This document shows, in pieces, positions 1 to 10,488 of a DNA stretch of 64,000 nucleotides. The DNA lies in assembly GCA_021849595.1 (NCBI GenBank), contig JAJZSR010000001.1, forward strand, positions 6,004 through 70,003, written 5' to 3'. A model generated the notes under the pieces. The model ran no database searches. It saw only the letters and a list, made by a program, of their open reading frames with translations, and was not told where the DNA came from. The DNA comes from Pseudomonadota bacterium. GTDB lineage: Bacteria; Pseudomonadota; Gammaproteobacteria; Burkholderiales; Thiobacillaceae. The translations under genes and the position numbers were made by a program. Every line of letters begins with the position of its first letter. Within the stretch, counting starts at the first letter, position 1.

Positions 1-271
1 ACAGGCGCAGCAGCGTGGTGAGCAGAAGCGCCGTGGGAAAAGCGGCGAAATCCAGCGGCTTGGTCAGGTATAGCGTAACCAGCAAAATGACCAGCGCCAG
101 GGTGATGTTGAACGTGAACAGGATGTCCAGCACGAAGGTGGGCAGCGGCACCACCAGCATCATGAGAATCATGATGACCAGTAGCGGCGTGGCCAGGTTG
201 CGCCAGTCCAGGCGCTGCCACATGCGCACGGGAGCCGTGGCCTGGCCGGAGGCGGGAGTCGTGCCGTTCAT
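1..271 (-). CDS. flhA: Flagellar export apparatus protein FlhA, N-terminal fragment; the gene continues beyond the window edge
   Basis: Reverse translation from the ATG at 271..269 gives MNGTTPASGQATAPVRMWQRLDWRNLATPLLVIMILMMLVVPLPTFVLDILFTFNITLALVILLV...FAAFPTALLLTTLLRL, the conserved FlhA N-terminal TM region. The start overlaps the flhB stop as ATGA. Confidence 0.85.
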   Translation of the reverse strand, partial: MNGTTPASGQATAPVRMWQRLDWRNLATPLLVIMILMMLVVPLPTFVLDILFTFNITLALVILLVTLYLTKPLDFAAFPTALLLTTLLRL

Positions 272-1386
272 TGCGGGATGTCCATGTCCTCAGGAACCTG
301 CCACGCTTGCGGAGGTAGCGCCTCCGGCGCAACGCGCAACTGGTAGACGTAGGCCAGCAGTTCGGCCACGGCGCGATACAGGGCCACGGGGATTTCCCGC
401 TCCAGTTCGCTGTGGCGGTACAGGGCACGCGCCAGGGGCGGCGCTTCCACCACCGGCACGCCGTGCTCGCGGGCGGTGTCGCGAATTTTCTGCGCCAGCA
501 GGTCCATGCCCTTGGCCAGCACCACCGGAGCGCCGTGCCTGCCTTCCCGGTAGGCGATGGCAACGGCGTAGTGGGTCGGATTGGTGACCACGACATCGGC
601 CTTGGGCACTGCCGCCATCATGCGCTGGCGCGCACGCTCCTTCTGTAGGCTGCGGATGCGGGCCTTGAGCTGCGGGTTGCCTTCGGTTTCCCGCGCCTCG
701 TCCTGGACTTCCTGGCGCGACATCTTAAGCTTGCGGTTGAGCGAGAAGATTTGATAGGGCACGTCGAAGGCCGCCACCAGCAGCGAGGCCGCCGCCAGCC
801 ACAGAAAGGTGCGTGCGCTCAGCTCGGCCAACGCCACCGGGGCGGTGCGCGGGTCGGCCTGGATCAGGCCCAGCAGATGGCCGCGCAGCGCCCACAAAAT
901 AAGCAGGGCCGCCACGCCCACCACCAAGGCCTTGAGCAGGGCCTTGACGAGCTCCAGCGCCCCCGTCAGGGAAAACATGCGCTGCAAGCCCGTGAGCGGA
1001 TTGACACGCCCGAAATCCGGCACCAGAGCCTCGGTGCTGAACAGCCAGCCGCCCAAGGCCAGCCCGCCCGCGACGCTCGCCAGCATAGCCACCAGCAGCA
1101 CGGGCGCGAGCAGCATGGCGCCCTCGCCCAAAAGGCCGCCTGCCAGCGCGAGGGCCTGCTGCGGGTCCATGGCGGCGCCACGGTCGATCGCCAAACCACC
1201 GGTCAACAGCCGCTGCGCCGCACCGTATATGGCGCCGCCGCCCATGTAGAGCAGCCCCGCCACTCCCAGCAGCAGCAGGCTGGTGATGAGCTCGCGCGAG
1301 CGCGCCACCTGGCCTTTTTTGCGCGCTTCCTCGCGGCGCTTGAGCGTCGCCGGTAAGGATCTTTCCTGGCCCGTTTCTTCCGCCAT
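268..1386 (-). CDS. flhB: Flagellar export switch protein FlhB
   Basis: 372 aa with an N-terminal basic region, four TM segments and the autocleavage NPTH motif (VVVTNPTHYAVAI). Confidence 0.95.
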   Translation of the reverse strand: MAEETGQERSLPATLKRREEARKKGQVARSRELITSLLLLGVAGLLYMGGGAIYGAAQRLLTGGLAIDRGAAMDPQQALALAGGLLGEGAMLLAPVLLVAMLASVAGGLALGGWLFSTEALVPDFGRVNPLTGLQRMFSLTGALELVKALLKALVVGVAALLILWALRGHLLGLIQADPRTAPVALAELSARTFLWLAAASLLVAAFDVPYQIFSLNRKLKMSRQEVQDEARETEGNPQLKARIRSLQKERARQRMMAAVPKADVVVTNPTHYAVAIAYREGRHGAPVVLAKGMDLLAQKIRDTAREHGVPVVEAPPLARALYRHSELEREIPVALYRAVAELLAYVYQLRVAPEALPPQAWQVPEDMDIPQ

Positions 1387-1395
1387 GACGCCGTC

Positions 1396-2181
1396 TCAGG
1401 CCCGTTGTCGCAGGATGGCCCCACCCAGTTCCACGCTCATTTCCACCAGATGCCTCACCACCTGTGCCAGGAAAGGCATCAGGAAGTAGAGCGCGGCAAA
1501 ACCAAGCAGGAAGAACAAGGGGAAACCCACGGCGAAGATGTTGAGCTGGGGCGCCATTTTGCTCAGCACGCCCATACCGATGTTGGCGATCAGCAGGACG
1601 CCTACCACCGGCGCCGCCAGCGCCAGGCCGAGGCTGAAAATCACGCCGCCCTCCAGCACCAGCGTGTGCCAGGCGCTGCTGGCCAAGCCCATGCCCGGGC
1701 TCACCGGCAGTAGCGCGAAACTGCGCGCCAGCACGCCCAGCAGCAGGATGTGGCCGTCGAAACCCAAAAAAAGCAGGATGGCCAGGAGGTTCAGGAAGCT
1801 CGCCAGCGTGGTGATCTGTACGCCCTGCACCGGATCGAAGAAGGAGGAAAACCCCAGGCCCATCTGCAGCCCCATGACCGTGCCGGCGAACTGCACCGTG
1901 GTGAACACCAGCAGCACGGTCATACCCAAGGCCGCGCCGATGAGGATTTGCTGCAGCAAGAGAACTACCCCGGCGCCGGAGAGAAAATCCAGCGTCGGCA
2001 TGGCCGGCAGAGCGGGCGCGAGCGCCACGGCGATGGCCAGCGCCAGACCGGCGCGCACGCGCATGGGCACCTGGGGTGCCCCAAACACGGGGGCAGTGCT
2101 CAACAGCGCCAGGATGCGCACGAAGGGCCAGAAAAAGGCCCCCATCCAGGCCGCCAACTGCTGGCTGGTGAACGTGATCAT
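1396..2181 (-). CDS. fliR: Flagellar export apparatus protein FliR
   Basis: Internal start [34 protein letters not shown] inside ORF 1396..2511. Polytopic membrane protein. Its start overlaps the fliQ stop. Confidence 0.9.
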   Translation of the reverse strand: MITFTSQQLAAWMGAFFWPFVRILALLSTAPVFGAPQVPMRVRAGLALAIAVALAPALPAMPTLDFLSGAGVVLLLQQILIGAALGMTVLLVFTTVQFAGTVMGLQMGLGFSSFFDPVQGVQITTLASFLNLLAILLFLGFDGHILLLGVLARSFALLPVSPGMGLASSAWHTLVLEGGVIFSLGLALAAPVVGVLLIANIGMGVLSKMAPQLNIFAVGFPLFFLLGFAALYFLMPFLAQVVRHLVEMSVELGGAILRQRA

Positions 2182-2450
2182 CCGTTCAGCATCCCAGGGA
2201 TTTCCTGGAACAGGCGGATGGTGAAATCCATCATCAGATGCAGCATCCAGGGTCCAGCCAGCACCGCCGCCAAGCCGATGGCGATCATTTTGGGCACGAA
2301 GCTCAGGGTCATTTCGTTCAACTGGGTGGCGGCCTGCAGCAGGCTGATGATGAGACCCACCACCAGGGCGACGCCCAGCAGAGGCAGGGAAACCAGCAGC
2401 ATGACCCACAGGGCCTGCTGTCCTAGGGAGGTGATGAGTTCTGGGCTCAT
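2178..2450 (-). CDS. fliQ: Flagellar export apparatus protein FliQ
   Basis: 90 aa, two TM segments, sequence typical of FliQ ([18 protein letters not shown]). Confidence 0.93.
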   Translation of the reverse strand: MSPELITSLGQQALWVMLLVSLPLLGVALVVGLIISLLQAATQLNEMTLSFVPKMIAIGLAAVLAGPWMLHLMMDFTIRLFQEIPGMLNG

Positions 2451-3199
2451 GGGTGGGCGAAGCTCTGCACGAGGGAGCCGATGACCAGGTCCCAGCCGTT
2501 GACCAGGACAAAAAGCATCAGCTTGAAGGGAAAAGACACCGTCACCGGCGAAAGCATCATCATGCCCATGGACATGAGGACAGCGGCCACTACCATGTCG
2601 ATGATGAGGAAGGGGATGAAGATGATGAAACCGATCTGGAACGCCGTCTTCAACTCGGAGGTAACGAAGGCCGGAATGAGCAGGGTCATGGGCGTGGCTT
2701 GCGGCGACGCCAGGGTCTTACGCCCCGAGAGCTTGACGAACAGCGCAATGTCGTCGCTGCGCGTTTGACTCAGCATGAACTGCTTAAGCGGCGCCGAGCC
2801 GGTTTCCACTGCCTGCATGAGGGACATTTGGTTGTTCAGCAGGGGCGTCAGCGCGGTGTCGTTGATCTTCTGGAACACCGGCGCCATGACGAAGAAGGTG
2901 AGGAACAGCGAGAGGCCCACGAGTATCTGGTTGGGCGGCATTTGCGCCGTCCCGAGCGCCTGGCGCAGCAGGGAAAGGACGATGACGATGCGCGTGAAGG
3001 CCGTCATCATGAGCAGCATGGCGGGCAGGAACACCAGGGCCGTCATGAACAGCAACGTCTGGATACTGAGGCTGTATTGCGTGCCGCCGCCCGCTGCGGG
3101 CGTGGCCGTGAAGGCCGGCAGGCCGGCCGCCGGAGCCAGCACCGGCAGGGCCATCAGTATCAGGCCGGCGATGCAGCCGGCCGTCGTCGTTCTGCTCAT
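2447..3199 (-). CDS. fliP: Flagellar export apparatus protein FliP
   Basis: Signal peptide, then [27 protein letters not shown] and [22 protein letters not shown] chose the start at MSRTTT, which forms an ATGA overlap with the fliO stop. The ORF track start at 3238 remains possible. Confidence 0.92.
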   Translation of the reverse strand: MSRTTTAGCIAGLILMALPVLAPAAGLPAFTATPAAGGGTQYSLSIQTLLFMTALVFLPAMLLMMTAFTRIVIVLSLLRQALGTAQMPPNQILVGLSLFLTFFVMAPVFQKINDTALTPLLNNQMSLMQAVETGSAPLKQFMLSQTRSDDIALFVKLSGRKTLASPQATPMTLLIPAFVTSELKTAFQIGFIIFIPFLIIDMVVAAVLMSMGMMMLSPVTVSFPFKLMLFVLVNGWDLVIGSLVQSFAHP

Positions 3200-3552
3200 G
3201 GACTCGAACCTCTCCTTTCCATCACTTTGCGCAACCATTCCGGGAAGCCGGCCGCCTCAGGCGCGGAAAACGCCAGGGGCTCCGGCAGCACGTGCAGGGT
3301 GCGCAGCCCCTGGGGGCCTGCACCCAGCAGCAATTGCTGCCCGCCCACCTGGATAAGCAAGAGGCGTTCCCGCGGCCCCAAAGGCAGCGTGGCGAGCACG
3401 CGCAAATGCTGCGTGCCGGCCGCCGTGCCAGGCTGGGCGCGGCGCAGCAGCCAAAGCGCCGCAACCATGAGGACGATGACCAGCAGCAGCCCTGCCAATA
3501 CTTTGAGCAGTTCGAGCCAGGAAAAGGGATCAGCAGCGGAGGGAGCAACCAT
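3196..3552 (-). CDS. fliO: Flagellar protein FliO
   Basis: 118 aa, single TM segment ([22 protein letters not shown]), conserved position between fliN and fliP. Confidence 0.8.
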   Translation of the reverse strand: MVAPSAADPFSWLELLKVLAGLLLVIVLMVAALWLLRRAQPGTAAGTQHLRVLATLPLGPRERLLLIQVGGQQLLLGAGPQGLRTLHVLPEPLAFSAPEAAGFPEWLRKVMERRGSSP

Positions 3553-3649
3553 GGCAGGCGACGTTTTTTTGACGAGGAAAAAAAGCGGCGACGGTTTTTT
3601 TACGCGACGCTGACGGGCCGCGTCGCGCGGGCGCCGCGGGTACTGCGCC

Positions 3650-4093
3650 TCAGGCGAGGCGCTTGGCGCGCTCCGTGGGGCTGATGATGTCGGTCAGGCG
3701 TATGCCGAACTTGTCGTTCACCAATACCACTTCACCGCGCGCGATGAGAAAACCGTTGACCAGCACGTCCATGGGCTCCCCGGCCAAACGGTCGAGATCG
3801 ACCACCGACCCCTGGGCCAGTTGCAGCAGCTCGCGTATCTGGATCTTGGTACGCCCCAGTTCGACCGACAGGGTCACCGGGATGTCCATCACCAGTTCCA
3901 GCTTCTCCTCCACCGGCCCCGGCGGCGTTTCGGCTTTCAGTTCCTGGAAGGAAGCCGGACGCGCCACCTCGGCAGGAGAAGCGCCCGGCCCCCCCTGCTC
4001 CGCCAGAGCGGCGGCCCAGTCGTCTGCCATCGCGGCGTCCGTGGAGCCGCCATCGGCCGGCGCACCGGCGCCGGACTGTTCTGTCTCAACCAT
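3650..4093 (-). CDS. fliN: Flagellar motor switch protein FliN
   Basis: C-terminal SpoA domain (IPVTLSVELGRTKIQIRELLQLAQGSVVDLDRLAGEPMDVLVNGFLIARGEVVLVNDKFGIRLTDI). Confidence 0.95.
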   Translation of the reverse strand: MVETEQSGAGAPADGGSTDAAMADDWAAALAEQGGPGASPAEVARPASFQELKAETPPGPVEEKLELVMDIPVTLSVELGRTKIQIRELLQLAQGSVVDLDRLAGEPMDVLVNGFLIARGEVVLVNDKFGIRLTDIISPTERAKRLA

Positions 4094-5093
4094 AGAATTT
4101 CCTTTGCAGTTGTGCCGCGTCGCCCTCCAGCATGAGGTGCTGTTTGACCTTCAAGGCGTAGCGGCCGTCGCGCACCCCGTAGGCAGCCTCCAAAATGGGG
4201 ATATGGTCGACCCGGGCCACCACGCTTTCCGGCATCTCCACGGGTATGACGTCCCCTACGCGCAGGGCGAGCAGATCCTTGACCAGGACCTCGCACTGCA
4301 ACAGTTCGACTTCGATTTCCACCTCCGCCTCGCGCATCTCGCCCTGCAAGGCTCGCATCCAGCGCTGATCGACTTCGGTACGGTCCGCAGTCATGCCGGT
4401 GGTGAGCTGGTCGCGTATCGGCTCCACCATGCTGTAAGGGATGCAGACATGGAAGCTGCCGCCGCCGCCCTCGATCTCCACATTGAAGGTCGAGACGATC
4501 ACCACCTCGGTGGGCGTCGCCACGTTGACGAACTGCGGATTCACCTCCGAGCGAGTCAATTCAGGCTCCAGTTCCAATACCGGCTTCCAGGCAGTTCGAT
4601 AATCGCGGAACACCATGTCGAGCATGCGGCGGATGATGCGCTGTTCCAGGGGCGTGAAGTCGCGCCCCTCGATGCGCGCATGGAAGCGCCCGTCGCCGCC
4701 GAAAAAATTGTCCACCACCGTGAACACCAGCCGAGGGTCGAGAATGAACAGCGAAGTTCCCCGCAGCGGCTTGATCTGCACCAGATTGAGATTGCTGGGC
4801 ACCACCAGATTACGGGTGAATTCGCCGTATTTCATGACGCGCACGCCGGACACGGAAATCTCAGCGGCGCGGCGCAGGAAGTTGAACAAACTCACCCGCC
4901 AGAGCCGCGCGAAGCGCTCGTTGATGACCTCCAGGGTCGGCATGCGCCCGCGCACGATGCGATCCTGGTTGGCCAAGTCATAAGGGCGCACTCCGCCCTC
5001 CTGAGACTGTTCCTCATGGGCCTGCTCGTCCTCGCCCTGCATCCCCTGGAACAGGGCATCGACCTCTTCCTGGGAGAGAACTTCCTTGACCAT
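4086..5093 (-). CDS. fliM: Flagellar motor switch protein FliM
   Basis: 335 aa with the N-terminal CheY-P binding motif (VLSQEEVDALF), a middle domain and a C-terminal SpoA-like domain. Confidence 0.95.
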   Translation of the reverse strand: MVKEVLSQEEVDALFQGMQGEDEQAHEEQSQEGGVRPYDLANQDRIVRGRMPTLEVINERFARLWRVSLFNFLRRAAEISVSGVRVMKYGEFTRNLVVPSNLNLVQIKPLRGTSLFILDPRLVFTVVDNFFGGDGRFHARIEGRDFTPLEQRIIRRMLDMVFRDYRTAWKPVLELEPELTRSEVNPQFVNVATPTEVVIVSTFNVEIEGGGGSFHVCIPYSMVEPIRDQLTTGMTADRTEVDQRWMRALQGEMREAEVEIEVELLQCEVLVKDLLALRVGDVIPVEMPESVVARVDHIPILEAAYGVRDGRYALKVKQHLMLEGDAAQLQRKFYG

Positions 5094-5617
5094 TACTGCA
5101 CCACGAATGCGGTGAAATAGACGCCCGCGATGGGCGGGGACTTGGCGGTCTTGGGATGGGAGAGAATGCCGCCGCGCGTTTCCAGCAATTCGTTCACCTC
5201 ATCCAGGATCTGCCGCCGCAACGCCTCACGGCCCGCGACCGTCCCGACCTGATTGGCCGCCTGGCCCGCCAGTATCTTGAGGATGGCATTGCGGATCTCC
5301 GGCATCATGGCATTCACTTGCTCGTCGGCCTTGGGATCAAAAGTCTTCAAATCGATCTTCACCTGCAAATAATGCGCGCTCCCGTCCTGGCTGGCCAGAT
5401 TCGTGACGAACGGCTCCAGGGAGATGAAGTGCATATGTTTTTCCTTTTCCGCAGCCAGCGCCTCCGGGCTGGGTGCCATCTGCGGGCGCAGCAGAAACCA
5501 CCACGCCGCACCGCCGCCCGTGGCGATCAGGAGCAGAAGAACCAGCAGAATGAATTTTTTCTTCCCGCCGCCCTTTTTCTCGACCACTTCTTCTTCAACC
5601 GCGACTTCTTCTTCCAT
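5093..5617 (-). CDS. fliL: Flagellar basal-body-associated protein FliL
   Basis: 174 aa, single N-terminal TM segment, FISLEPFVTNLA...YLQVKIDL motif, located upstream of fliM. Confidence 0.9.
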   Translation of the reverse strand: MEEEVAVEEEVVEKKGGGKKKFILLVLLLLIATGGGAAWWFLLRPQMAPSPEALAAEKEKHMHFISLEPFVTNLASQDGSAHYLQVKIDLKTFDPKADEQVNAMMPEIRNAILKILAGQAANQVGTVAGREALRRQILDEVNELLETRGGILSHPKTAKSPPIAGVYFTAFVVQ

Positions 5618-5666
5618 GCTCCTCTCCGCGGGCGCCGCTCAGGCAAGCACGCCTGGCCAGCGCCGC

Positions 5667-6869
5667 TCAGACATAGGTGTTGACGAACCCCGCCTGCCAA
5701 TAGGTGAAACTAGGGACATTTTCCTCCTCCCCGACCGGCAGCGCCGCGGCGGTGCGCCCGCCGTACTGGGGACGGTCGCGGCGCGCGCCGCCGCCGTCGG
5801 CGCTTACCTGCGTCTGCAAAAGTGCCATGCCGGCCTCGGCAAAAATATCCCTCAACTGCGGCATTGCGCCTTCCAGGGCCTGGCGTACCGCCAGGTGCGG
5901 CGAGACGAACAGCGCGCTGGCCTGGCCGTCGTTTACCTGCAGATGGACCTGCAGCGGTCCCAACTGAGGCGGATTAACGTGCAAGGTGAGCGTCTGGGCA
6001 TTGCCCTGTATGCCGATAAGCAGTTGTTGCCCGAGATCCTGCCCCCAGTGCGGCGAGGCCAGCGGCGTCGCCACCGCGCCCTGTTGGGCCGGAGCCTGCG
6101 CAGCAACCGCCGGTGGCAGCCAGGGAAGCTGGGCTGCACCCGGGGTCGGCAGCGCGCCCGGCGCGGCGTCCGCGCGCAAAGGCGCCGCAGCACCGTGCAC
6201 TCCACTGGACGGTGTCAGCGTTTGCTGCGCGGCGGGTTCCAGCGCTTGGCGCAACGCGACCGAAACAGGCGTGGGAACCAAGGGTTCACCGGCGCGGAAG
6301 GCCGGCGCCGGCATCTGCGGCAAGCCCGTGCCGACAGCCTCGGACCCGCTCTTACGGGTTGCACCCACTGCTTCCGACGCGGCCGGCAGCAGCACCTCCC
6401 CCAGGGGCTGCGGACGGACAGGCGGCTGCCCACTCCCAACAACCTGGGGCGGCGCCGTAGCGGCAGCTTGCGCGGTTACATCCACTTTTTGCAGGGGAAC
6501 GGAAAGAATCAGCGGGACGGCAAGAGGCGGCAAGCCGTTGCCGCTCTGCCCCGTCGGCACCGCCTTGTCCTTTTCCGGCGGACGGCCGTGGCCTGGCGCT
6601 TTGGCGAGACCCGACGGCGGGACAGCCTCGGGCAGCATGGCTGTCAGCAACGCTTCCAGCGGCGCCATGTTTTGCCCCGACCCCTCCTGCGGCTTGGCCG
6701 CGGCCGGGTCCGCAGCCTGCGCCTTCGCGGCGGAATTGCCTGTCCCCGCCGCCGCAGCCTTGGCCAGCACCTGGGCAAACGGGGCAGCCCCGGCCTCTTC
6801 CGGTATCGCGCCGGAGGCGGGGCCCGGTGAAGCTTCACCAGGAGTAGTTGGCACAGGGGTGACAGACAT
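5667..6869 (-). CDS. fliK: Flagellar hook-length control protein FliK
   Basis: 400 aa, Pro/Ala-rich. C-terminal FliK domain (LTLHVNPPQLGPLQVHLQVNDGQASALFVSPHLAVRQALEGAMPQLRDIF). Located between fliJ and fliL. Confidence 0.88.
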   Translation of the reverse strand: MSVTPVPTTPGEASPGPASGAIPEEAGAAPFAQVLAKAAAAGTGNSAAKAQAADPAAAKPQEGSGQNMAPLEALLTAMLPEAVPPSGLAKAPGHGRPPEKDKAVPTGQSGNGLPPLAVPLILSVPLQKVDVTAQAAATAPPQVVGSGQPPVRPQPLGEVLLPAASEAVGATRKSGSEAVGTGLPQMPAPAFRAGEPLVPTPVSVALRQALEPAAQQTLTPSSGVHGAAAPLRADAAPGALPTPGAAQLPWLPPAVAAQAPAQQGAVATPLASPHWGQDLGQQLLIGIQGNAQTLTLHVNPPQLGPLQVHLQVNDGQASALFVSPHLAVRQALEGAMPQLRDIFAEAGMALLQTQVSADGGGARRDRPQYGGRTAAALPVGEEENVPSFTYWQAGFVNTYV

Positions 6870-6913
6870 GATTGCCCTCGTCGCTATAGCTCACGCCCCT
6901 TGGTAAGCAAGAC

Positions 6914-7366
6914 TCAAGCCAGACTCGATGCAGCCGCCTGCGCGCGCAAGGTCCAGTCCTCGATTTCCTTCTGCAGGCGACGCGCCGCCTGCAACCTCGC
7001 TTCCATTTCGTGGCGGCCGGCCAACAACCCCAGCGCTTTTTCCCGTTGGTGCGCGTGCCGCCATTGAGCCACCAGGCCATTGCCGCTGCACTGCAAATTC
7101 CTCAGTTCGTTTTCCTGTACCGCAATGGTTTCGTCTATGCGCGCGATGAAAGCGCGCAAGTCATGGGCGCGGCGCCACTCCGTGCCGCCGCTTTCGGCGC
7201 GCCGCAGTTGCTCGCGGTATTGGTCGGCATAATCGCGCAACATCTTCAGCTTGCCCTCGGCTTCGGCCAGTTGGCGCTTAAGGCGCGCCAGCGCTTGGGC
7301 CAGCACGTGGCCCTCCTCGCCGGCCCGGCGCTGCAACTCTTTGATGACGGTCAAGCGATTCTTCAT
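6914..7366 (-). CDS. fliJ: Flagellar export chaperone/stalk protein FliJ
   Basis: 150 aa predicted coiled coil immediately downstream of fliI. Confidence 0.85.
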   Translation of the reverse strand: MKNRLTVIKELQRRAGEEGHVLAQALARLKRQLAEAEGKLKMLRDYADQYREQLRRAESGGTEWRRAHDLRAFIARIDETIAVQENELRNLQCSGNGLVAQWRHAHQREKALGLLAGRHEMEARLQAARRLQKEIEDWTLRAQAAASSLA

Positions 7367-7424
7367 GTTTTCAAGTCCTTACCAGTCCCCACCGCGCAGA
7401 TACCCGATCAACCGCCCCCTCGTT

Positions 7425-8804
7425 TCACCCCGGCTGTCCCTCGGCGAGATAAGGGTCGATCAGTTCGGCCAATAGTTTTTCGCTGTCGGGCAACGTCACA
7501 ACTTCGTGCATGTCCTGGCGCAGAAAGGCGCGGATGGCGGGATGAGCCTTCACGGCCAGATCCAGATTGGGATCTGCGCCGGGGTTGTACGCTCCCACCG
7601 CAATCAAATCCTGGTGGCTGCTGTAACGGCCTTCCAGTTCCTTGAGTTTATGCATGCGCCGCAAATGGGCCGGGGCGACCAGGTTCTGCATGACCCGGCT
7701 CACCGAGGCTTCCAGATCAATGGCCGGATAATGTCCCTGTTCGGCAAGACGCCGGCTGAGCACGATGTGGCCATCGAGGATGGCGCGCGTGTTGTCGGCG
7801 ATGGGATCCTGCTGATCGTCCCCTTCCATTAGGATGGTGTAGAAGGCCGTGATGCTGCCGGCGCCGTCGTGGCCGTTGCCGGCGCGCTCGACCAGTGCCG
7901 GGAGTCTGGCGAACACGGAAGGAGGAAAGCCGCGCGCGGCCGGCGGCTCGCCTACGGCCAGGGCCACTTCCCGCAGGGCCAAGGCATAGCGCGTGAGCGA
8001 GTCCATGAGCAGCAGCACATGGCGACCCTGATCGCGGAAATGTTCCGCGATCGCGGTCGCCACCTGGGCGCCGCGGATACGCGTCAGCGCGGAGGCATCG
8101 GCCGGCGCCGCCACCACCACGGCCCGGCGCAGCCCCTCCGGGCCCAGGATGTCTTCAATGAATTCGCGCACTTCGCGGCCGCGCTCGCCGATCAGCCCGA
8201 CGACGATGACGTCCGCTTCGGTGTTGCGCGCCATCATACCCAGCAGCACGCTCTTGCCCACGCCGCTGCCGGCGAACAAACCCATGCGCGCGCCGCGCCC
8301 CACGGCGAACAAAGCATTGATGGTGCGCACGCCGACGTCGAGCGGCTTGCGTATCAAGGCTCTTTGCAAGGGATTGATGGGGTGGGTGGCGAGCGACACA
8401 TAACTGCTGGGCAACAATGGGCCCAGCCCGTCGAGCGGTTTGCCGCTGCCGTCCAACACCCGCCCGAGCAAGCTGTCGCCCGCGGGTACGCGTATGTCCG
8501 CCGGCAACGGAGTGACCCGCGCGCCCGGCGCCAGGCCCTGGATGTCCCCGGCCGCCATGAGCTGCAGCAGATCGCCGTGAAAACCCACCACCTCCGCCTC
8601 GATGCCCCGTTGGTTGGGCATGTTGACGCGGCAGCGCGCACCGATGCTGGCGTCCAGACCGCGCGCTTCCAGGATCAGGCCGCGCATGCGTACCAGGCTG
8701 CCGCTCGGCGCCATGCTCACCGTGTCGCCATCCAGGCGCCGCCGGAGCGAATCCAGGCGGCACGCCCAATCCGGGGTGGCAGTTTCCGGCACGGCCGCGG
8801 TCAT
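7425..8804 (-). CDS. fliI: Flagellum-specific ATPase FliI
   Basis: Walker A GSGVGKS and F1/T3SS ATPase core. I chose the start at [13 protein letters not shown], which forms an ATGA overlap with the fliH stop. The ORF track extension to 8927 looks spurious. Confidence 0.95.
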   Translation of the reverse strand: MTAAVPETATPDWACRLDSLRRRLDGDTVSMAPSGSLVRMRGLILEARGLDASIGARCRVNMPNQRGIEAEVVGFHGDLLQLMAAGDIQGLAPGARVTPLPADIRVPAGDSLLGRVLDGSGKPLDGLGPLLPSSYVSLATHPINPLQRALIRKPLDVGVRTINALFAVGRGARMGLFAGSGVGKSVLLGMMARNTEADVIVVGLIGERGREVREFIEDILGPEGLRRAVVVAAPADASALTRIRGAQVATAIAEHFRDQGRHVLLLMDSLTRYALALREVALAVGEPPAARGFPPSVFARLPALVERAGNGHDGAGSITAFYTILMEGDDQQDPIADNTRAILDGHIVLSRRLAEQGHYPAIDLEASVSRVMQNLVAPAHLRRMHKLKELEGRYSSHQDLIAVGAYNPGADPNLDLAVKAHPAIRAFLRQDMHEVVTLPDSEKLLAELIDPYLAEGQPG

Positions 8805-9478
8805 GCTTCCGTACCTTCGAAAAGTTGGGCGATGATCTGGCGCCAGCGCTCTTCCAGCCGCAGATCGAGCCGGGTTTCGCCCTCTGGATGGCCGCGGCCG
8901 CGCCAGCGGCGATCCGGCCTGGCCCATTTTTCCTCGCTGTCGGCGGCCAGGATCAGATCGCCCCGCTCCAAGGTATCGTCGGCCAGCAGGCTGACGCCCG
9001 CGGCTTCGATCTCGGGGGCGAGCGCCCGCACCAGCGCGACATCTTCCGGATGCAGGCGCACCCAGGGCGTTCCACCGCGCAACGGGAAAGCGCCCAGCGC
9101 CTGGCGCAATACCGCCAGGATATGTTCCGGATGGATCCTGATCTCGTGGCGCAGCGCCTGGCGCGCAATCTCCAGCGCAAGCGCGGTGAGCGACTCTTCG
9201 GTCGCCTGATCGAGCCGATGCAGGCTGGCTGCCAAGGGAGTCAGCAGCGCGCGCAATTCATTCGCCTCGCACGCGGCCTGCGCCCGCCCGGCGGCCAGGC
9301 CTTCGGCATAACCCAGCTGATAGCCTTGAGCGCGACCTTCCGCCTCCGCCCGCGCGCGGGCCTGGCCGGCATCCTCCTCGGGCCGCGCGCCGGCTGCTTC
9401 CGGCCGCGCGCCTTGCACGGTCGGCGCGGGCCAGGGCGCGACGCCGGAGAGCTCTTCACGCCGCAGGATGGTAGTCAT
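8801..9478 (-). CDS. fliH: Flagellar assembly protein FliH
   Basis: 225 aa, Ala/Glu-rich helical N-terminus, located between fliG and fliI. Confidence 0.85.
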   Translation of the reverse strand: MTTILRREELSGVAPWPAPTVQGARPEAAGARPEEDAGQARARAEAEGRAQGYQLGYAEGLAAGRAQAACEANELRALLTPLAASLHRLDQATEESLTALALEIARQALRHEIRIHPEHILAVLRQALGAFPLRGGTPWVRLHPEDVALVRALAPEIEAAGVSLLADDTLERGDLILAADSEEKWARPDRRWRGRGHPEGETRLDLRLEERWRQIIAQLFEGTEA

Positions 9479-10488
9479 TCAACCAGCGCCTCCGCACCGC
9501 CGCCGCCAAGCTGTATCTGCCCGGCCGCCTCCAGGCGGGTGGCGATCTGCAGGATTTCCTTGTGCGCCGCTTCGACGTCGCTGAGCTTGACCGGGCCCTT
9601 GGCCTCCAGATCGTCGCGCAGCATTTCGGCGGCACGCTTGGACATGTTGCTGAAGAATTTTTCCTTGAGGCTGGGATTGACCCCCTTGAGGGCCAACAGC
9701 AGAGTCTCGGAAGACACTTCCCGCAGCAGCGTCTGGATGCTGCGGTCGTCGACGTTGATGAGATCCTCGAACACAAACATCTGATCCTGGATCTTGGCGG
9801 CGATTTCCTCGTCCTGGCCGCGCAAATCTTCCAGTATGGTATTGGCTTGGCCGGTTTCCATGCGGTTGAGGATGTTGGCCGCGGTCTTGGGCCCGCCCAC
9901 CGAGGACACCTGAATGCTGTGCGAATCGCCGGCCAGTTGCTCTTCCAGCATCTCGTTGAGCTCCTTGAGCGCGGAGGGCTGCAGGCTGTCCAGGTTGGCT
10001 AGGCGCAGCACCGCCTCCGAGGCCGTGCGCTGTGGCAAAAACTGCAGCACTTCGCTGGCCTGTTCGGCGTCGATATAGGCCAGAATGAGAGCGATGACCT
10101 GCGGATGCTCCAGCTTGATGAGGTCGGCCACCGCACGCGGCTCCATCCATTTCAGGTTCTCCAGGCCGCTCGATTCGCCCCCGTGCAGAATGCGCTCGAT
10201 GAGGGAAGTGGCGCGCTCGTGGCCGAGCGCCTTGGTCAGCGCGGCGCGCACGAACTGATCGGCACCCAGCCCAAGCACGGTCTGATGCTCCAAGCGCTGG
10301 CGGAAATCCTTCAGCACGGCATGGGCCTGATCGGCGCTCACCCGGCTCATGCGCGCCATGGCGGCCCCCAGCTTCTGCACCTCCCGGGGCGAGAGGTGCT
10401 GCATGACGGCGGCGGCCTGATCCTCCCCCAGGCTCAAGAGCAGGATGGCACCGCGCTCCAGGCCGGTGATGTCGCCTTCATTGGCCAT
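9475..10488 (-). CDS. fliG: Flagellar motor switch protein FliG
   Basis: 337 aa with the typical FliG N-terminus (GLERGAILLLSLGEDQAAAVMQHL), MFVFEDL motif and the C-terminal torque helix region. Confidence 0.96.
   Translation of the reverse strand: MANEGDITGLERGAILLLSLGEDQAAAVMQHLSPREVQKLGAAMARMSRVSADQAHAVLKDFRQRLEHQTVLGLGADQFVRAALTKALGHERATSLIERILHGGESSGLENLKWMEPRAVADLIKLEHPQVIALILAYIDAEQASEVLQFLPQRTASEAVLRLANLDSLQPSALKELNEMLEEQLAGDSHSIQVSSVGGPKTAANILNRMETGQANTILEDLRGQDEEIAAKIQDQMFVFEDLINVDDRSIQTLLREVSSETLLLALKGVNPSLKEKFFSNMSKRAAEMLRDDLEAKGPVKLSDVEAAHKEILQIATRLEAAGQIQLGGGGAEALVE

Noticed and set aside
2182-2511. N-terminal extension of the fliR ORF
   Set aside because: It overlaps fliQ. 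FliR homology starts at MITFTSQQ.
3663-5120. 485-aa ORF on the plus strand
   Set aside because: It is antisense to the clearly homologous fliN and fliM genes. Its Arg/Ala/Ser-rich low-complexity translation is typical of shadow ORFs in high-GC DNA.
5618-5666. Sigma54-like TGGCCA...TTGC sequence upstream of fliL
   Set aside because: The GG-to-GC spacing is N12 rather than the required N10.
5403-6906. Plus-strand ORFs of 475 aa and 306 aa
   Set aside because: They are antisense to fliK and fliL. The Pro/Ala-rich fliK sequence generates long open frames on both strands.
8805-8927. N-terminal extension of the fliI ORF
   Set aside because: It overlaps the fliH 3' end. The internal start gives the typical ATGA coupling.
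7869-9209. 446-aa plus-strand ORF
   Set aside because: It is antisense to fliI and fliH. This is a shadow ORF.
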